From Vicinamibacterales bacterium (GTDB lineage Bacteria > Acidobacteriota > Vicinamibacteria > Vicinamibacterales > 2-12-FULL-66-21): a stretch of 64,000 nt of DNA. The notes under the pieces were generated by a model. The model was not told the DNA's origin and made no database searches. It was given only the letters and a program-made list of their open reading frames with translations. This document shows positions 52,372-59,956 of this stretch, piece by piece. Both the position numbers and the translations under genes were made by a program. The stretch spans positions 11,993-75,992 of the forward strand of contig DATJKH010000045.1 in the NCBI GenBank assembly GCA_035491715.1, written 5' to 3'. Each line of letters begins with the position of its first letter. Positions within the stretch are counted from its first letter, which is position 1.

Positions 52372-53160
52372 ATGGACGTTCGTGTGCCTGCAGCTGCAAC
52401 TTCATTTCTTGCCGGGGTAGGCGACGCGGCCCTCTTCGCGTCCAAGGCGCTGAGATCGGTGTGGACGCCGCCGTTCGAAGTCGGCGAGACAATTCGCCAG
52501 ATCTACGAATTGGGGTTTCGATCGGCGCCGCTGATTGCCGTTTCAGGCATGGCCGTGGGCGTCGTGCTATCGATGCACACCCGCGCGTCGCTCGAAAGAT
52601 TCGGCGCCGAATCGATGATTCCTGCCGGTCTCGCGATCGCGCTGGTACGAGAGACGGGACCGCTTACCGCGGGGCTGCTGTTGTCGGGCCGCATCGGCGC
52701 CGGCATTGGCGCCGAGCTTGGGGCGATGCGTGTGACCGAGCAGATCGATGCGCTTGAAGCGTCGGCCGTCGATGCCTTCCGCTACCTCGTCGTCACGCGC
52801 GTGATTGCCTGCGTCATCGCCCTGCCGATCCTGACGACCGTGATGAATTTTGCTGGAATGCTCGGTGGTTTTCTCGCCGAGATGACCGCCACTGGAATGC
52901 CGTTTCATCTGTACATGAAACGTGCCTTCTCGCTTGTCGGCGTCACCGATTACGTGCCGGCGACACTGAAAACGATGGTCTTCGGCTTCATCATTGCCAC
53001 AACCGCGTCGTACCTCGGCTTCAACACTGAATCCGGCACCGAAGGCGTTGGACGCGCATCGACCAGGGCCGTCGTCCTTTCGTCAATTCTCATCATCGTT
53101 ACCAACGTGGTCCTCGTGCGCTTCATCTTCTTCATTTTTCCGGAAGCAGCAGGCGGATGA
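52372..53160 (+). CDS. mlaE: MlaE-family ABC transporter permease
   Basis: 262 aa. Contains ...IRQIYELGFRSAPLIAVSGMAVGVVL..., ...VTEQIDALE... Confidence 0.88.
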   Translation: MDVRVPAAATSFLAGVGDAALFASKALRSVWTPPFEVGETIRQIYELGFRSAPLIAVSGMAVGVVLSMHTRASLERFGAESMIPAGLAIALVRETGPLTAGLLLSGRIGAGIGAELGAMRVTEQIDALEASAVDAFRYLVVTRVIACVIALPILTTVMNFAGMLGGFLAEMTATGMPFHLYMKRAFSLVGVTDYVPATLKTMVFGFIIATTASYLGFNTESGTEGVGRASTRAVVLSSILIIVTNVVLVRFIFFIFPEAAGG

Positions 53161-53915
53161 TGCAACCCGCTGCGGACCGATCTGCCATCCGGATGGATCA
53201 CGTGACGAAGGTCTTCGGCACGCGAAAGATTCTCGACGATGTGACGTTTGGTGTGCCGGCGGGTGGCGGCTTCGTGATCATGGGAAGGAGCGGCACGGGC
53301 AAGAGCGTGACGCTACGCCACATGATCGGCTTGCTGCGGCCCGACAGCGGGCGTGTGTTCATTGGCGATGACGAGATCAGCGCGCTCAGTGGACCACCGT
53401 TGTCCGAGGTGCGGAAGAAGATGGGGTTTCTCTTTCAGAGTGCGGCGCTCTTCGATTCGATCTCGGTTGGCGAAAACGTCGCCTTCCCCATGCGTCGGCA
53501 CACGCAGCTGCGCGACGCCGAGATCCGGGAACGCGCCAAACAGAAGTTGGCCGCAGTTGGACTCGAGCGCGACTACGACAAGATGCCGGGCGCGCTGTCC
53601 GGCGGTATGCGCAAGCGCGCAGGTCTCGCGCGCGCGCTGGCACTCGATCCCAGGATTCTCCTGGTCGACGAGCCCAGCGCTGGATTGGATCCGATTACCT
53701 CGGAAGAAATCGACGCGCTCCTGGTCGATACGAAAAAAAAGGGAGGTGCCACGCTGGTTGTGGTCACGCACAACATGCTGAGCGCGAGGCGCCTCGGCGA
53801 TCAATTGCTCATGCTGCACGAAGGACGCGCCATTGCGCATGGCACCCCGGAGCAACTCGACGAGCATCCCAGCGATCTCGTCCGCGCGTTCATGACGTCA
53901 CAGCACGCCGGGTAG
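53157..53915 (+). CDS. mlaF: MlaF-type ABC transporter ATP-binding protein
   Basis: Walker A GRSGTGKSV, signature LSGGMRKRAGLARAL, Walker B ILLVDEP. ATGA overlap with mlaE. Confidence 0.9.
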   Translation: MMQPAADRSAIRMDHVTKVFGTRKILDDVTFGVPAGGGFVIMGRSGTGKSVTLRHMIGLLRPDSGRVFIGDDEISALSGPPLSEVRKKMGFLFQSAALFDSISVGENVAFPMRRHTQLRDAEIRERAKQKLAAVGLERDYDKMPGALSGGMRKRAGLARALALDPRILLVDEPSAGLDPITSEEIDALLVDTKKKGGATLVVVTHNMLSARRLGDQLLMLHEGRAIAHGTPEQLDEHPSDLVRAFMTSQHAG

Positions 53916-53919
53916 ATCC

Positions 53920-55260
53920 ATGAATCGATACGCTGCTGCCGTCGGCGCCTTCGTCATTATCGGCGTGTTGCTCTTTGGTGTCGGCCTTTTTCTGATCGGC
54001 GACCGTCGCATGCTTTTCGATCGTTCGATCGAGATCTATGCAGAATTTGCAAACATCGCCGGGCTCGAAGAGGGGGCAAAAGTGCGGGTGGGCGGAATGG
54101 ACGCCGGCGAAGTGGCATCGATCCATGTACCGGCCAACCCTTCTGCGCGGTTTCGCGTCAAGCTCCGCGTCCGTGAAGATTTGCATCAACTCTTGCGGGT
54201 CGACTCGGTTGCCACGATCCAGACGGACGGACTCGTCGGCAACAAATTCATCCAGATTGAACCAGGCACTGATCAGGCGCAGGTCGTCCCCGCCCTCGGC
54301 ACAATTCAAAGCCGGGAAGCATTCGACCTGGCAGCAATGCTCGAGCGGATGAGCGATACGGTGGACTTGATTCGGACGACGATCGTGGATCTCAAGTCGG
54401 GTCTCGATACCGCACTGGTGTCGGTGACCGATACGGCCAACGACGCACAGGATCTCATGAACGATATCGGGTCAGAGGCCCGCGAGATCATGGCTTCGAC
54501 GCAAAAGGTCACTCGCAATCTGAACGTGATCGTGGCCGGTGTCCGCGAGGGCAAAGGGACGGTGGGAAAGCTGGTGACTGATGACTCGTTGTACGACACC
54601 GTCAAAAAGATTTCCGCGGATGCGGCGCAGGCGGTCGCCAGTCTGCGCGAGGCGAGTGAACAGGCGAAAGCCGCGGTTGCCGACCTCCGGGGAGACAATG
54701 GCCCTCTCAAGGGAGTGACCGGTGATTTCCAGCAAACGCTTGCCTCGGCCAGAGATGCGATGCAGGACCTGGAGGAGAACACTGAGGCTCTGAAACACAA
54801 TTTCCTGTTCCGCGGGTACTTCAACCGCCGCGGGTATTTCGATCTCGACGAACTGAGTGTCGATCAGTATCGTCAGGGAGTACTCGAAACAAAGGAACGC
54901 CGGGCACTGCGGATCTGGGTTCGCGCGGCAGTCCTCTTCGAGACCGACGCGAAGGGCAACGAGCGATTGACTGCCGACGGACAGGCTCGGCTCGATTCGG
55001 CAATGTCGCAGTTTGTGCGATACCCACGAAACAGCCCGTTTGTGGTCGAAGGGTATGCCGCGGGCTCGACAAATGATGAGAGGTTTCTCGCGAGCCGACG
55101 TCGCTGCCAGCTCGTGCGAGACTATCTGGTCGCGAAGTTCGCTCTCGATCCGGCATTTGTCGCATCGATGCCGATGGGGCAGGAATCCTCCGACAGCCCC
55201 GATGGAAATCGCTGGGACGGAGTGGCGCTCACGCTGTTCGTTCCGACGTCAGCCATGTAA
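53920..55260 (+). CDS. mlaD: MlaD/MCE-domain protein with long helical region and diverged OmpA-like C-terminal domain
   Basis: N-terminal TM segment plus MCE domain (EIYAEFANIAGLEEGAKVRVGGMDAGEVASIHV). C-terminal VVEGYAAGSTNDERFLASRRRCQLVRDYLVAKFALDPAFVASMPMGQE fits the OmpA_C pattern loosely. Confidence 0.8.
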   Translation: MNRYAAAVGAFVIIGVLLFGVGLFLIGDRRMLFDRSIEIYAEFANIAGLEEGAKVRVGGMDAGEVASIHVPANPSARFRVKLRVREDLHQLLRVDSVATIQTDGLVGNKFIQIEPGTDQAQVVPALGTIQSREAFDLAAMLERMSDTVDLIRTTIVDLKSGLDTALVSVTDTANDAQDLMNDIGSEAREIMASTQKVTRNLNVIVAGVREGKGTVGKLVTDDSLYDTVKKISADAAQAVASLREASEQAKAAVADLRGDNGPLKGVTGDFQQTLASARDAMQDLEENTEALKHNFLFRGYFNRRGYFDLDELSVDQYRQGVLETKERRALRIWVRAAVLFETDAKGNERLTADGQARLDSAMSQFVRYPRNSPFVVEGYAAGSTNDERFLASRRRCQLVRDYLVAKFALDPAFVASMPMGQESSDSPDGNRWDGVALTLFVPTSAM

Positions 55261-55321
55261 GGATTCGTGGGGGGAACGGTGGATTTCCACCGAAAATTGA
55301 ACCCCGGCCGTGGGCCAGCTG

Positions 55322-55336
55322 TGGCATGTCATTTGA
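55322..55336 (+). promoter_or_regulatory. Candidate sigma-54-like promoter upstream of the ytxH cluster
   Basis: TGGCATG-tcat-TTGA has correct -24/-12 spacing, but the -12 GC is replaced by GA. The predicted TSS is ~45 nt before the GTG at 55394. Confidence 0.3.
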
Positions 55337-55393
55337 TAGATCAAAAGTGGGTTGTCGAATGTACAACCTGGCACGCGAGTGCAAGGAGGAAAC

Positions 55394-55645
55394 GTGGATG
55401 AGCGATCGCGAGTCTTGATGGCGACCTGCCTGGGAGCCGTGCTTGGCGGTGTCTGGGGCTGGCTGTATTTGACGGAAGGCGGCCGGCGCGTACGCGATCA
55501 GATTGAGCCAAAGCTCGACGATGTAATGCGCGAGCTCACGCGTGTGCGTGGCACAGTCGAAAAAGCGCGCAATGTCGCCAACGAAGGATGGCGGTCGCTA
55601 AACGACGTGACCGGCGGTGGATCCCAGGGACGCTGGTCAGCGTAG
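55394..55645 (+). CDS. YtxH-like membrane-anchored stress protein
   Basis: GTG start after AAGGAGG. TM segment LMATCLGAVLGGVWGWLY followed by a helical charged tail. Confidence 0.6.
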   Translation: MDERSRVLMATCLGAVLGGVWGWLYLTEGGRRVRDQIEPKLDDVMRELTRVRGTVEKARNVANEGWRSLNDVTGGGSQGRWSA

Positions 55646-55654
55646 GGAGGATCG

Positions 55655-56074
55655 ATGGGGAACCTCGACACAACGAACATTCTCCTTGGCATCATGGCCG
55701 GAGTCAGCGTGTTGGAAGCGCTCTTGCTGATTGCCATCGGCGTCGGCGGGTTCATGCTTTACCGCCGCGTCATGAAGCTAGTGGAGGACCTCGAAACGCG
55801 ACAGATTGCGCCGCTGCGGGAAAAGGCGGATGCGATTCTCGCTGATGTCAAGACAGTGACGGCACGCGTCAGTCAACAGACCGAGCGTGTCGATCATGCA
55901 ATCTCGGGCACGATACATCGGGTGGATGAGACGGCGGATCGCGTGAAAGGGTCCGTTCGGGACAAGGTCAATCAGGCCATCGGCGTGTTACGAGGCATAC
56001 GCGCGGTGATCACCTCGGTGATTAGTAGTGAGGGGGAGCACGAGCAGCCGATCTCGGCTGCCGGACGCGTGTAA
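55655..56074 (+). CDS. DUF948-like membrane-anchored helical protein
   Basis: 139 aa. ATG after GGGAGGA. N-terminal TM segment followed by apolipoprotein-like helices. Confidence 0.6.
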   Translation: MGNLDTTNILLGIMAGVSVLEALLLIAIGVGGFMLYRRVMKLVEDLETRQIAPLREKADAILADVKTVTARVSQQTERVDHAISGTIHRVDETADRVKGSVRDKVNQAIGVLRGIRAVITSVISSEGEHEQPISAAGRV

Positions 56075-56134
56075 CACGGATGGTGACCGCCGGCGGGATG
56101 CCGGCAGATCAGAAAACTGCGAACAGGAGGGTGC

Positions 56135-56512
56135 ATGGCGTACGAATATGATCGCTTCGAACGGGAAGACGGCGGCGGATCGTTCCTGATGGGTCTGTTG
56201 GCGGGCACGGTGCTCGGCGCGGGCCTCGGAATGCTCTTCGCACCAAAGACCGGATCCGAGCTTCGAAGCCAGTTGGGCGAACAGGCGGGGCGGATCCGGA
56301 ATCAGGCCAACGACACGTATCAGCAGGCCTCGGATAAGGTGAGCCAGATGGTCGACCGCGGCCGTGAGGCTTACGAGCGCGCCCGTTCCGGCGGCGGCAT
56401 GGGCAGCAACACCGGATCGACCGGCCCCGGCACACCGTCATCGTCGACCACCGGAACTCAGACCGGCTCGATGTCGGGCGTCGGCACCGGCTACTCGACC
56501 AATCGCGGTTAG
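56135..56512 (+). CDS. YtxH domain-containing protein
   Basis: 125 aa. ATG after AGGAGGG. Contains FLMGLLAGTVLGAGLGMLFAPKTGSELRSQL, the classic YtxH N-terminus. Gly/Ser/Thr-rich tail. Confidence 0.8.
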   Translation: MAYEYDRFEREDGGGSFLMGLLAGTVLGAGLGMLFAPKTGSELRSQLGEQAGRIRNQANDTYQQASDKVSQMVDRGREAYERARSGGGMGSNTGSTGPGTPSSSTTGTQTGSMSGVGTGYSTNRG

Positions 56513-56642
56513 CGTCCATCGGCGTCGCTCGGAACACTCTGAGCGTTCGTCGAAGGGCAGCGCGAGGCAGACCCCGGTGCGACGTTCCACGTCGCACCGC
56601 GGGGTCGCGTTCCCAGGTCCTGCCGTCTCAAAGTCCAACCAT

Positions 56643-56876
56643 ATGACCCAATCCTCTGCGGAAAAATTTGCGAACGTTGTGATCGGAGCTGCCGCGGTCG
56701 GCGCTGCGTTTTACGTGCTGAAAACGCCACGCCTCCGGACGCTTGCGTGGCAATTGAGTCTCGCGGCGCTCACGAGCACACTGCCGGCCTGGATCAATCA
56801 AGAGATCCGCGCCGGATGGGAAGCGTCCGGTCAACGCTCATCCTCGCCGGCTCTTTCGTCCGCTCGTGCCTCGTAG
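56643..56876 (+). CDS. Hypothetical small membrane protein
   Basis: 77 aa from the ATG at 56643. One or two hydrophobic segments. No clear SD. Confidence 0.4.
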   Translation: MTQSSAEKFANVVIGAAAVGAAFYVLKTPRLRTLAWQLSLAALTSTLPAWINQEIRAGWEASGQRSSSPALSSARAS

Positions 56877-56922
56877 GCCACGGGAGAAGTAAACGGCCGC
56901 GGGGCCGCGCTATGATGGCGCC

Positions 56923-57873
56923 GTGAGTGCGCGAGGGATGGGAGAGTCCGAGCCGGCCACTCGGCTTCCATGGGTGCGTCGCGCGGGGACGCGCGGCCTC
57001 GCCGAAATCCGTCTGACTGCCCTTGCTATCTGGCGAGGGGTGACGGGAATCTATAACAGCAACGACCTCACCTTCGCGTCGTCGATCGCCTACTATTCGC
57101 TCCTTTCGCTTTTCCCCTTCTTCCTGTTGGTGCTCGCGATTCTCGCCAGCGTGACCGACAACGACATCGATCGCGCATCAGTGCTCGAGTTCGTGCTTCG
57201 CTACTTTCCCCGCCAGTTCGAGTTCGTAAACGCTCAGCTGAAGGCGATGCAGTCTGCGTCAGTCAGGCTTGGCGTGTTTGGCAGCGTGCTCATGGTGTGG
57301 GCTGCCATGGGTGTCTTTGGCGCGATTACTTCCGCTGTCAATCACGCGTGGGGTGTCGAGAAACAGCCAAGCTATCTCAAGCACAAACTGATCTCGTTCA
57401 TCATGCTCGTCGCCGCAAGCCTGCTGCTGTTGATGGCACTCCTGCTCGTCAGCGCGATCAACGTTGCCGAGGCGCATTGGTTTGCCGTGATCATGACGCG
57501 CGCTCCGGGCCTGCTCGTTCTTCAAGGATGGGCGATCAAATCGGCGAGCACAGTCATTTTCATCGCCCTTGTTGGGCTGATCTTTTATTTCGTCCCTAAT
57601 GCCGCGGTACGGTTTCGCGATGTGTGGGTCGGCGCTATTCTGACAGGTGTGCTGTGGCGCGTCGCGCTCGCCGGGTTTTCACGATACGTTCGTGACTTGA
57701 ACCGGTTCAGCGTTCATGGCTCGATCGCCGCGGTGGTTGTCTTCCTCGTCTGGGTCTACATTTCCGCCGTGATTCTCCTCTACGGCGTCGAGGTGACCGC
57801 AGCCTATGCGCGCCTGCGCCGCAGGCGTCCAGAGGAGATCCCCGCCGCGCCGACGCCGAGAACGACGCTGTAG
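56923..57873 (+). CDS. YihY/BrkB family inner-membrane protein
   Basis: 316 aa. Contains ...FASSIAYYSLLSLFPFFLLVL... and C-terminal ...VFLVWVYISAVILLYGVEV... Confidence 0.85.
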   Translation: MSARGMGESEPATRLPWVRRAGTRGLAEIRLTALAIWRGVTGIYNSNDLTFASSIAYYSLLSLFPFFLLVLAILASVTDNDIDRASVLEFVLRYFPRQFEFVNAQLKAMQSASVRLGVFGSVLMVWAAMGVFGAITSAVNHAWGVEKQPSYLKHKLISFIMLVAASLLLLMALLLVSAINVAEAHWFAVIMTRAPGLLVLQGWAIKSASTVIFIALVGLIFYFVPNAAVRFRDVWVGAILTGVLWRVALAGFSRYVRDLNRFSVHGSIAAVVVFLVWVYISAVILLYGVEVTAAYARLRRRRPEEIPAAPTPRTTL

Positions 57874-58211
57874 AGCTCCGGAAACTGGAGCTAGAAGTTC
57901 TGAGTACATGGCGGGGCAGGGAGGTCTTTCGACTCTCCCTGCAGCCAGGCAGGAAGTTATTGGTAGGGCGGATGCTCCAGCGGAACACCGGAGCGGCTGG
58001 CCGGGCCGCTGTAGCCGCCCGACACCCTCTATACAGCAACGGCGGTGCCAGCGTGAGATTAGGAAAGGTGCGGTATTTTGCGGGGTTTTCGCGCCGGAAT
58101 GTGCATGAAACTCGACCGTTGCGGCGGTCGAGTTGGAAGCGGATCACCCTCTACATGGGCGCGCGTGTGTAGCGTGCGACACAGTAACTCGTCGTGTGAT
58201 ACGGCAGGGCT

Positions 58212-58658
58212 CTATGGAGCGGTGTTCGCGGGAGGATCGGAGCGATGCGCGGGCGGGGACCAACGCGGCGGGTCGCGGCGCGACATCAACCAGTAATTGC
58301 ATAGCGAGGCAGCGCCGAGACTGATCCAGGCTCCGCCAATACCCAGCCCGATATTGGGTACTCCGGCCGCCACGCCAATCACAAATATCAATCCCAGACC
58401 GAAGCCGATGAGAAGCACGCCGGCGGTCCGATATCGCTGGCCCCGATGGTCGTCCTTGGAGCCGTCAACACCGGTTGCCGCTTCAAACGCCGCCGGATTT
58501 GTTTCCGGCGGGGGCACCACGCCACGTTCGATCATGGCCAAACGTTCGCGATGGTCCATTTCGCGCATTTTCCGTCGATTGTTCATCGCGGCGACCATCA
58601 AGACGACGCCGGCCACGATGGTCATGACGATGAGAATTACCAGTGCAAAGTGCTGCAT
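58212..58658 (-). CDS. Membrane protein, DUF6249-like
   Basis: Trimmed to the ATG at 58658, after AGGAGAG. N-terminal TM segment, RERLAMIERG motif, C-terminal TM pair. Divergent from the ECF sigma gene. Confidence 0.6.
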   Translation of the reverse strand: MQHFALVILIVMTIVAGVVLMVAAMNNRRKMREMDHRERLAMIERGVVPPPETNPAAFEAATGVDGSKDDHRGQRYRTAGVLLIGFGLGLIFVIGVAAGVPNIGLGIGGAWISLGAASLCNYWLMSRRDPPRWSPPAHRSDPPANTAP

Positions 58659-58834
58659 TTTCGGTCTCTCCTGCGACCCCACCGCGGCTCGTTAGCTCCC
58701 GAGCTTCATCGAAGGGGGCGATTGGCACAATTAGACCGGCGGGCACTGCGAATTGTTTCAGCCCGCGCCCTTCGACCGGCTCAGGGCAGGCCTGAAACAA
58801 ATCTGCCGCATTACGACTCTAATAGGGTTGGCGA

Positions 58835-59353
58835 ATGGCCGACTTCGACGAAGAGGCGCTCATCGAGCGGTGTCGGACCGGCGATGACATCGCTTTCGGC
58901 GAACTCGTCGAGCGGTACAAACACCTCGTTTACGGCATGGTCTGGCGGCTGACGACCGATCGCTCGCGAACCGACGATCTGGCGCAGGAGGTATTCCTGA
59001 AGATCTACCGTGGCCTTCCATATTTCCGTGGTGAGGCCCGGCTGTCGACGTGGATCTTCCGAATCGTGTCGAACGTCTGTGCGCAGGATCGCAGCCAGGC
59101 CCGAGATGTGAAGCCGGCTGTATCAGTGCGTGAACCGGGAGCAAACGACACGGCGTTCGCCGATCTCGAGCTCCGCGATCGACTCGACAAAGCGATCGCG
59201 CAGCTTCCTGAGAACTATCGACTGCTGATTGCGGCGCACTATCTCCAGGGCGTCCAGTACGAGGCATTGGCGGAAGCGCTCGATATCCCGATTGGCACGG
59301 TCAAAACGCATTTGTATCGCGCGAAGCGGCGTTTACGGGAACTCCTTCAATGA
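58835..59353 (+). CDS. ECF-type RNA polymerase sigma-70 family factor
   Basis: 172 aa. Region 2 is FGELVERYKHLVYGMVWRLT...DLAQEVFLKIY. Region 4 is ...YEALAEALDIPIGTVKTHLYRAKRRL. Confidence 0.9.
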   Translation: MADFDEEALIERCRTGDDIAFGELVERYKHLVYGMVWRLTTDRSRTDDLAQEVFLKIYRGLPYFRGEARLSTWIFRIVSNVCAQDRSQARDVKPAVSVREPGANDTAFADLELRDRLDKAIAQLPENYRLLIAAHYLQGVQYEALAEALDIPIGTVKTHLYRAKRRLRELLQ

Positions 59354-59829
59354 TGTGCAGGGAAGTCGCCGACCTGATTGAGCCGATTGCGGCCGAGGAA
59401 CTCGAGCCGACACCCGAGGTGCGTGCGCATTTCGAGACGTGTCCATCGTGCGCACTCATGCTCGCGACCGCGCGCCGCCTTGAAGCCACGCTTGTGGCGT
59501 ATCAACCGCCACCCGTCCCCGATCGCTTCGTTGCCGCGGTGCTTCAGCGGGTCCGTCGCGAACGATGGCGAATGGAACGCAAGGTCGATTTTTTGTTCAA
59601 TGCGGCCATCGCGGTGGCGCTGCTTATTGTCGTGAGTGGCGTGCTTGCGCTCGTCGACGTCGGCGGCGTGCTGTCGGCGTCTTCTGATGCATGGGCCGGC
59701 TTGTCAGCGATGAGCACCCAGGTCGCGCGACAGATGGCGCCGGTGGTGACGACCTACATCGCGGCTGCAGGTCTCCTCCTCACCGCGCTTGGCATGTGGT
59801 GGTGGGCTGAAAGAATCCCTAATCACTAA
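59350..59829 (+). CDS. Anti-sigma factor (zf-HC2) with C-terminal TM segments
   Basis: ATGA overlap with the sigma gene. Contains C-x24-H-x3-C-x2-C (MMCREV...HFETCPSC). Confidence 0.75.
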   Translation: MMCREVADLIEPIAAEELEPTPEVRAHFETCPSCALMLATARRLEATLVAYQPPPVPDRFVAAVLQRVRRERWRMERKVDFLFNAAIAVALLIVVSGVLALVDVGGVLSASSDAWAGLSAMSTQVARQMAPVVTTYIAAAGLLLTALGMWWWAERIPNH

Positions 59830-59935
59830 TCGCTCATCGTGAATCGCGAAATCACTCATCGCAAATCCTTGAATCCTTGAATCCTCGAATCCTTGAATCC
59901 TCGAATCCTCGAATCGGCCGGATCGCGGATCGCCG
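59813..59935. repeat. GAATC/TAATC-family repeat including six tandem octamers ATCCTYGA
   Basis: 59819..59877 is 48/59 identical, ungapped and in the same orientation, to 31157..31215. 59865..59912 carries ATCCTTGA/ATCCTCGA x6. The element begins inside the last codons of the anti-sigma gene and includes its TAA stop. Confidence 0.9.
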
Positions 59936-59956
59936 GACAACGGATCGCGGAAGAGT

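Noticed and set aside
55368-55383. CTGGCACGcgagTGCA as a sigma-54 promoter.
   Set aside because: The -24 half is perfect, but the GG-to-GC spacing is one nucleotide short of the canonical spacing. The predicted TSS would also fall after the AAGGAGG ribosome-binding site. It is kept only as a note inside the ytxH-cluster finding.
59865-59912. Tandem octamers considered as a CRISPR array or as a coding repeat (minus-strand ORF 59704..60036 translates them as FEDSRIQG repeats).
   Set aside because: The period is 8 nt with no spacers, so it is not a CRISPR array. Because 8 is not a multiple of 3, the apparent peptide repeat is an artefact. The ORF also has no start context and overlaps the end of the anti-sigma gene.
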